This document shows positions 58,123 to 64,000 of a DNA stretch of 64,000 bases, piece after piece. Numbering within the stretch: the stretch's first letter is position 1; each line of letters opens with the position of its first letter. The notes beneath the pieces were generated by a model. It was given only the letters and a program-made list of their open reading frames with translations, ran no database searches and had not been told where the DNA came from. This DNA comes from the human T2T-CHM13v2.0 reference genome, Homo sapiens: assembly GCF_009914755.1 (NCBI RefSeq), contig NC_060936.1, one strand, 5' to 3'. The position numbers and the translations under genes were made by a program.

Positions 58123-58266
58123 ATATGGAATGTCTCAAACGGTGAGCTTCTTCATTTGTGTGCTCCGCTTTCAGAAGAAGGAGCTGCTACCCATGGAGGC
58201 TGGGTGACTGACCTTTGCTTTTCTCCAGATGGCAAAATGCTTATCTCTGCTGGAGGATATATTAAG
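58123..58266 (+). CDS. APAF1: APAF1 exon 26 (144 nt, WD40)
   Basis: atgtag|ATATGG...ATTAAG|gtaaga; IWNVSNGELLHLCAPLSEEGAATHGGWVTDLCFSPDGKMLISAGGYIK. Confidence 0.98.
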
Positions 58267-58384
58267 GTAAGAGTTCCCCAAGAACTGTGAAAGAAAATAA
58301 TAGCCTATATCATACTTTCCAAGCTATTTTCACTTCCTGTTTCTCAGTTGGGCCTTTTACAACCCAGCAGAGTAAAAAGGCTGC

Positions 58385-58963
<579 letters not shown>

Positions 58964-59383
58964 AGGCAGTTACTATTATCCCCATTTTGTAGTGATGAAA
59001 CTGAGATCCACAAGACTGCTTTCCTCAGATCTTGGGGAAGCTTTGGTGACAGTGGCAGGGATGCCCTCAATCCAGAGCTGTCATACTGCCTCATACTAAA
59101 CTTGGGGCATTAGAATGACTAGCAAGTTGGGTGTTTAACTTAGTTCTGTTTTCCATGTCATTCACAATTAACTATGTTGGTTGAAAATCTTTAAAAAAAC
59201 ATATTTTTGAAATTTCTTCAGTAATAATAATAGCAGCAGTATATGGCTTTATAGTTTACAAAACGCTTCACTCCCCTCATCTTACTAGCCAGCTTTTTGA
59301 GGCTTAAATTTCATTCTTGGTTTACAGATGAGGAAAATGATTTTCTATGGAGGTTATAACTTTCCTAAAGTTACATAATTAGT

Positions 59384-59695
59384 GCCGGGTGTGGTGACTC
59401 ACACCTGTAATCCCAGCACTTTGGGAGGCCAAGGCGGGCAGATCACTTGAGGTCAGAAGTTGAAGACCAGCCTGGCCAACATGGCAAAACCCCATCTCTG
59501 CTAAAAATACAAAAATTAGCTGGGTTTTGTGGCGGGCACCTGTAGTCCCAGCTACTTGGGAGGCTGAGAGGTGAGACTCACTTGAACCCCGGGGGAGCAG
59601 AAGTTGCAGTCAGCTAAGGTCACACCACTGTACTCCAGCCTGGGCAACAGAGCGAGACTATCTCAAAAACAAACAAACAAAAAAACCAAAAATAA
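59384..59695 (+). mobile_element. AluS inserted in a MIR
   Basis: 17-bp TSD AAAGTTACATAATTAGT; MIR core tttacagatgaggaaa before and ccaggactcaaacccaggtct after. Confidence 0.94.
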
Positions 59696-60179
59696 AGTTA
59701 CATAATTAGTAAATAGAAAAGCCAGGACTCAAACCCAGGTCTCTGCCTCTGCTTTCTCTAGCTAATTGGCTTTTTAAAACTTACTAGTGATTGAGGCCGC
59801 AATTTGAATGTGTTGTGGTGCTTCAGGGTCATATTTTTGGTGTTTTTTTGATGTATCTTTTATCTATCCACTCAAAAAGACTGTGTTGAATGTCCAGTGT
59901 GTGCTAAGCTACTGCTCTGTGGCACAATGTTTATGGCTTGGTTCCTGCCTTTCAGCAGCTTACAGTCTATGGGGGAAGCAGGTGGTAAACCAATAAAGTC
60001 CCTAAAGTTTAGAAGGGGTCTGGGACATGCTTTCATGAGGGAGGTGGAAGCACAAAGGAGAGGAGTGACCAGACCAACCTCAGAGAGTTAGCAGAGGCTT
60101 CACCTGGAGGGGAATGCTTGAAGTGAGTCTTTTGAATAGCAGTTTACTTGTAAAAGTGGTAGAAGATGATACTCTATAT

Positions 60180-60533
60180 CAGCGGTCCCCAGCCTTTTTG
60201 GCACTAGGGACTGGTTTCCTTGGAAGACAATTTTTCCACAGATGGGGTGGTGGTAGGAAGTGGGGAGCGGGGAATGGTTTCAGGATTAAACTGTTCCACC
60301 TCAGATCATCAGCATTAGATTCTCGTAAGGAGTGCACAAGCTAGATCCCTCGCATGTGCAGTTCACAGCAGGGCTCTTGCTCCTGTGAGAAACTAATGCC
60401 ACCACTGATCTCTCAGGAGACAAAGCTCAGGTGGTAATGTTCACTCACCAGCCGCTCACCTTCTGCTCTGCGGATGGGTTCCTAAAAGGCCACAGACCAG
60501 TACCGGTCCATGGCCCAGGGACTGGGGACTCCT
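60180..60533. mobile_element. MER1B (hAT-Charlie DNA transposon)
   Basis: Ends CAGCGGTCCCC...GGGGACTCCT; 8-bp CTCTATAT on both sides; interior ggaagacaatttttccacaga, ctgttccacctcagatcatc. Confidence 0.88.
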
Positions 60534-60811
60534 CTATATTGGGCTGATCACTTGGACATTCTGAAAGCTTTTTCATTCAAAATTGATTCCTAATAAGATC
60601 TTATGATACTGTTATTTCTTACTGAAAACATTCAAGTGTAGGAGATGATTCTCATTAATTGTCTAAGGCAGGATAAGTGTTTGGAAATATTTGAATGACT
60701 GGTGTTTTGGTTACATGAGACCCACACAGCTGCAATTTTACCACCATAAGAATCTAGCTTATAAAAAAGATAAATTAGAGGACAGTTTTTAGCTTTATGA
60801 AAGGATGTACT

Positions 60812-61061
60812 AAGGGGTACAAAAATACAGATAAACAAAAGGAGTAATTTCTAGTATTTGATAATACAGTAGGGAAATTATAGTTAACAATTTATTGTAT
60901 ATTTCAAAATAGCTAGAAGAATTATAATGTTCCCAACACAAAGAAAAGATAAATATTTGAGGTGGATATCCCAATTATCCTAATTTGATCATTACACATT
61001 GTATCACATGTACCCCCAAAATATGTACAACTTAATTATCAATAAAAATTTTTTTAAAAAA
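60812..61061 (+). mobile_element. L1MA-like 3' end, 5'-truncated, sense
   Basis: gggtacaaaaataca...ttgtatatttcaaaatagctagaaga...tcccaacacaaagaaa...AATAAA 61041-61046; TSD GAAAGGATGTA. Confidence 0.88.
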
Positions 61062-61974
61062 GAAAGGATGTATGTTATCCCTTTACAAGGTTTCATTGAA
61101 AACACAATTCTGTTTACAAAATGTTGCATTAACCTACATCTTTATTCAGTTATTAGGAGATCCTGAGAAATGACCACCAATTGTTCTCCTTTAGTGTAAA
61201 GATAAACTAGAACTCAGTCTGCTCTGGGGATGATGCTTAGAGGAGAGTCATTGCTGTCTGTGTTGGAAGCTGGGGAGTCTTCGGCTATATTAGCTGCTGA
61301 CAAATTTAACTGCTCAGCTTTGACACCAAGTTTCTAGAGACCACATCATTTGATTCTCTGGCCTCCACAGAATTCCATCACATAATTGAGAGTCTGGTTT
61401 ATAAGATGTTACAAAGATCAGTGACCATATTTGCAGAGTTCTTGGGGAACCTTGAAATAAAGCAGCAGAATAGGTTTACATAGTATAGATGTTATGTCTG
61501 AAGGGTGAAAGAACTTCTAGCCTATGTATTTAGTTTGTATATTTAAATGACAATCAGGCTGCCTTTGCCTTCTGGTTTGATTACTAGCTTATTCAACTGA
61601 TTATGATATAGCCCAGCCTGCATCTACCCAGCATGTTAATGAGACTATCCAAAAGCACAGAGCAAATTAAAAGTAAAAAGGAACAGCTGCTGTAGTGTCC
61701 AAGAAAATAGGCCTTTTGAGCCTGTTTACTTTAGAATCCAAGCTGTATAAATTGAGTGCCAGTAAAGATAAAGTAGGTATCCAGAAGCTTAAAAAGTTCT
61801 TAACTTCCAAATTATTCCTATTTATAAGTGAAAAAATAATTTAGCTGTTTACCTGCATTATGCCACAGAGTACATACTGAATGACAAGAAATTCACATTA
61901 ATTCATGTGCATGAAGGGAAAGCTGATCTGAAGTATGGAATACATGGTGATAAATGGTGGTGTGCCATGACTTG

Positions 61975-62320
61975 GTGGCAGCAGAGTGTAATGGTCAGGA
62001 GAGTGGGCTTTTGGCCTTGAGATAGGCTGCCTGAGTTCAAAGCCTGCCTCTGCCACTCATTAGCTTTGTGACCTTGCACAAGATTGTTTAACTTCTGTGC
62101 CTTGATTTTCTTATCTGTAAATTGATGTAATGATAATACCTAACTCATTTCACAGATTTCCCATATACCCCTTTCCCCCACAAACACATAGCCTCTTCCA
62201 TTATGAACATCCCCCCACCAGAGATGTGCATTTGTTACAATTGATGGATCCACATTGACACATCATTATCACCCACAGTCCGTAATTAGGGTTTGTTCTT
62301 GGTGCTGTACATTTTTCGGG
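61975..62320. mobile_element. MIR (+, ~61975-62148) followed by an L1MC/MD-like fragment (-, ~62150-62320)
   Basis: gtgaccttgcacaag...ttcttatctgtaaa; catttgttacaattgatg...acattgacacatcattatcacc. Confidence 0.7.
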
Positions 62321-63364
62321 TAGTTGAACTAAGTGATCTCTAAGAGCCTTAGTGACTGAAAACAAATGAATCTCAGGTTGGTGGAATGTGCTTGATTACA
62401 CTGTTATTTTACAAAGCAAACTTGTGAGTTCTGGAAAATCCCAAGTTAGTGCATGCTGGTTCAGTGAGGTTTACCAAAGTCCATTGGGTATACTTTTAGC
62501 AGTTACTATTACTAATAGTGAACATGCTTACTTGACCCACTCACATGGGAAAGACAAAATGCTAGGTACTGCCATAGGCACAAAGGTGGGTGACACTATT
62601 ACTGTGTTCATAATACTCAGGATCATGGTGAGCTTGAGGCCTTTTCAGAATAAGTTTACATGTATTGTCTCTTGCCCCCATTTTAGCTGTGAGATTCATG
62701 GGTAAACTTTATGATTCCCATTTGTTAAATGAATATAAATATTATAAGCAAATTCAGTGATTGGGAAGGAAAGGAAGGACTTGGCTACAGCCCTTGCTAC
62801 GTTTGAGATGTTCAGTATTTGTTTAGTAAATAAATAATATAGATTATTTTATAAAGAAACTTGGTCAAGGGCTCTTGCATCACACCTGGGGAAAGGGAAG
62901 ATTCAGTAGAGAGAACATTGTTTCCTGTAGCCCATATTATGAATAGTTTGGGTCTCTGTCAGAATACCAGTCTGTGTCTGCAAAGGGGCATTTGAGTGAA
63001 GAGAGGGGGAATCTTCTGCCCATTCTCCCGAGAAGGACATGCAGACAAGAGAGTTGAGTCTGGCCACTGCTGTAATGGACTCTATAGCTTCCTGTCTGCA
63101 GCTCTCAAGCAGGCTGCATGTTTCTCCAGCACAACTCAACGGTTGGAGTTGGGTGTAGGCGGAGCAGTGAGGCCATCACCAGTGTTCATCAGGAAGAGGC
63201 TGACCAGGTTGAATAGTATATTCAGCATTAAATCCGAGACATTTTCCTCCTGTTTGCTTGAGTTCGGTTGGGGGGAGGAGATAGGGTAAAGGATCTGCTG
63301 GCACTATAAATTGTCACACAGTGTAATTACCAATCTAATGAGAATTTTATTTTTCTCTGAACAG

Positions 63365-63511
63365 TGGTGGAACGTTGTCACTGGGGAATCCTCACAGACC
63401 TTCTACACAAATGGAACCAATCTTAAGAAAATACACGTGTCCCCTGACTTCAAAACATATGTGACTGTGGATAATCTTGGTATTTTATATATTTTACAGA
63501 CTTTAGAATAA
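63365..63511 (+). CDS. APAF1: APAF1 last exon (27), coding part to stop TAA
   Basis: gaacag|TGGTGG...GAATAA; WWNVVTGESSQTFYTNGTNLKKIHVSPDFKTYVTVDNLGILYILQTLE*, the APAF1 C-terminus. Confidence 0.98.
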   Translation, partial: WWNVVTGESSQTFYTNGTNLKKIHVSPDFKTYVTVDNLGILYILQTLE

Positions 63512-64000
63512 AATAGTTAAGCATTAATGTAGTTGAACTTTTTAAATTTTTGAATTGGAAAAAAATTCTAATGAAACCCTGATATCAACTTTTTATAAAG
63601 CTCTTAATTGTTGTGCAGTATTGCATTCATTACAAAAGTGTTTGTGGTTGGATGAATAATATTAATGTAGCTTTTTCCCAAATGAACATACCTTTAATCT
63701 TGTTTTTCATGATCATCATTAACAGTTTGTCCTTAGGATGCAAATGAAAATGTGAATACATACCTTGTTGTACTGTTGGTAAAATTCTGTCTTGATGCAT
63801 TCAAAATGGTTGACATAATTAATGAGAAGAATTTGGAAGAAATTGGTATTTTAATACTGTCTGTATTTATTACTGTTATGCAGGCTGTGCCTCAGGGTAG
63901 CAGTGGCCTGCTTTTTGAACCACACTTACCCCAAGGGGGTTTTGTTCTCCTAAATACAATCTTAGAGGTTTTTTGCACTCTTTAAATTTGCTTTAAAAAT
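63512..64000 (+). other. APAF1: APAF1 3'UTR, proximal part (continues beyond the window)
   Basis: AT-rich, repeat-free sequence directly after the stop codon. Confidence 0.92.
63749..63756 (+). promoter_or_regulatory. miR-23a/b 8mer seed match (AATGTGAA) in the 3'UTR
   Basis: Exact complement of miR-23 nt 2-8 (UCACAUU) plus A1; function not shown by sequence. Confidence 0.65.

Overview
Human (primate) genomic DNA with the 3' part of APAF1 (apoptotic protease-activating factor 1) on the + strand. There are 17 coding exons with canonical GT-AG introns, numbered 11-27 by counting back from the last exon of the 1248-aa isoform (recalled from memory). They encode residues ~499-1248 (helical domain 2 and both WD40 propellers), ending at stop TAA 63509-63511, followed by ~490 nt of 3'UTR. 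The spliced frame is open and matches the reference protein as I recall it. Introns are dense in interspersed repeats: ~44 Alu pieces (35 antisense, 9 sense), a full-length sense-oriented MER52-type solo LTR, MaLR LTRs, L1, L2, MIR, MER2, MER1B, MADE2 and microsatellites. No new gene family or prokaryote-type system is evident. The best leads are regulatory. (1) The intron-13 LTR sits at the boundary between the NOD module and the WD40 brake. It could polyadenylate a WD40-less APAF1, or drive an ATG-led WD40-only form spliced in frame to exon 14. (2) Competing inverted Alus flank the alternatively spliced exon 18. (3) The WD40 region has one repeat per phase-0 exon, with re-splicing junctions. 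(4) An orphan ~250-bp retroposed mRNA 3' end carries a perfect TSD. (5) There are hints of antisense transcription in the last introns. Repeat boundaries and subfamily names are by eye and approximate.
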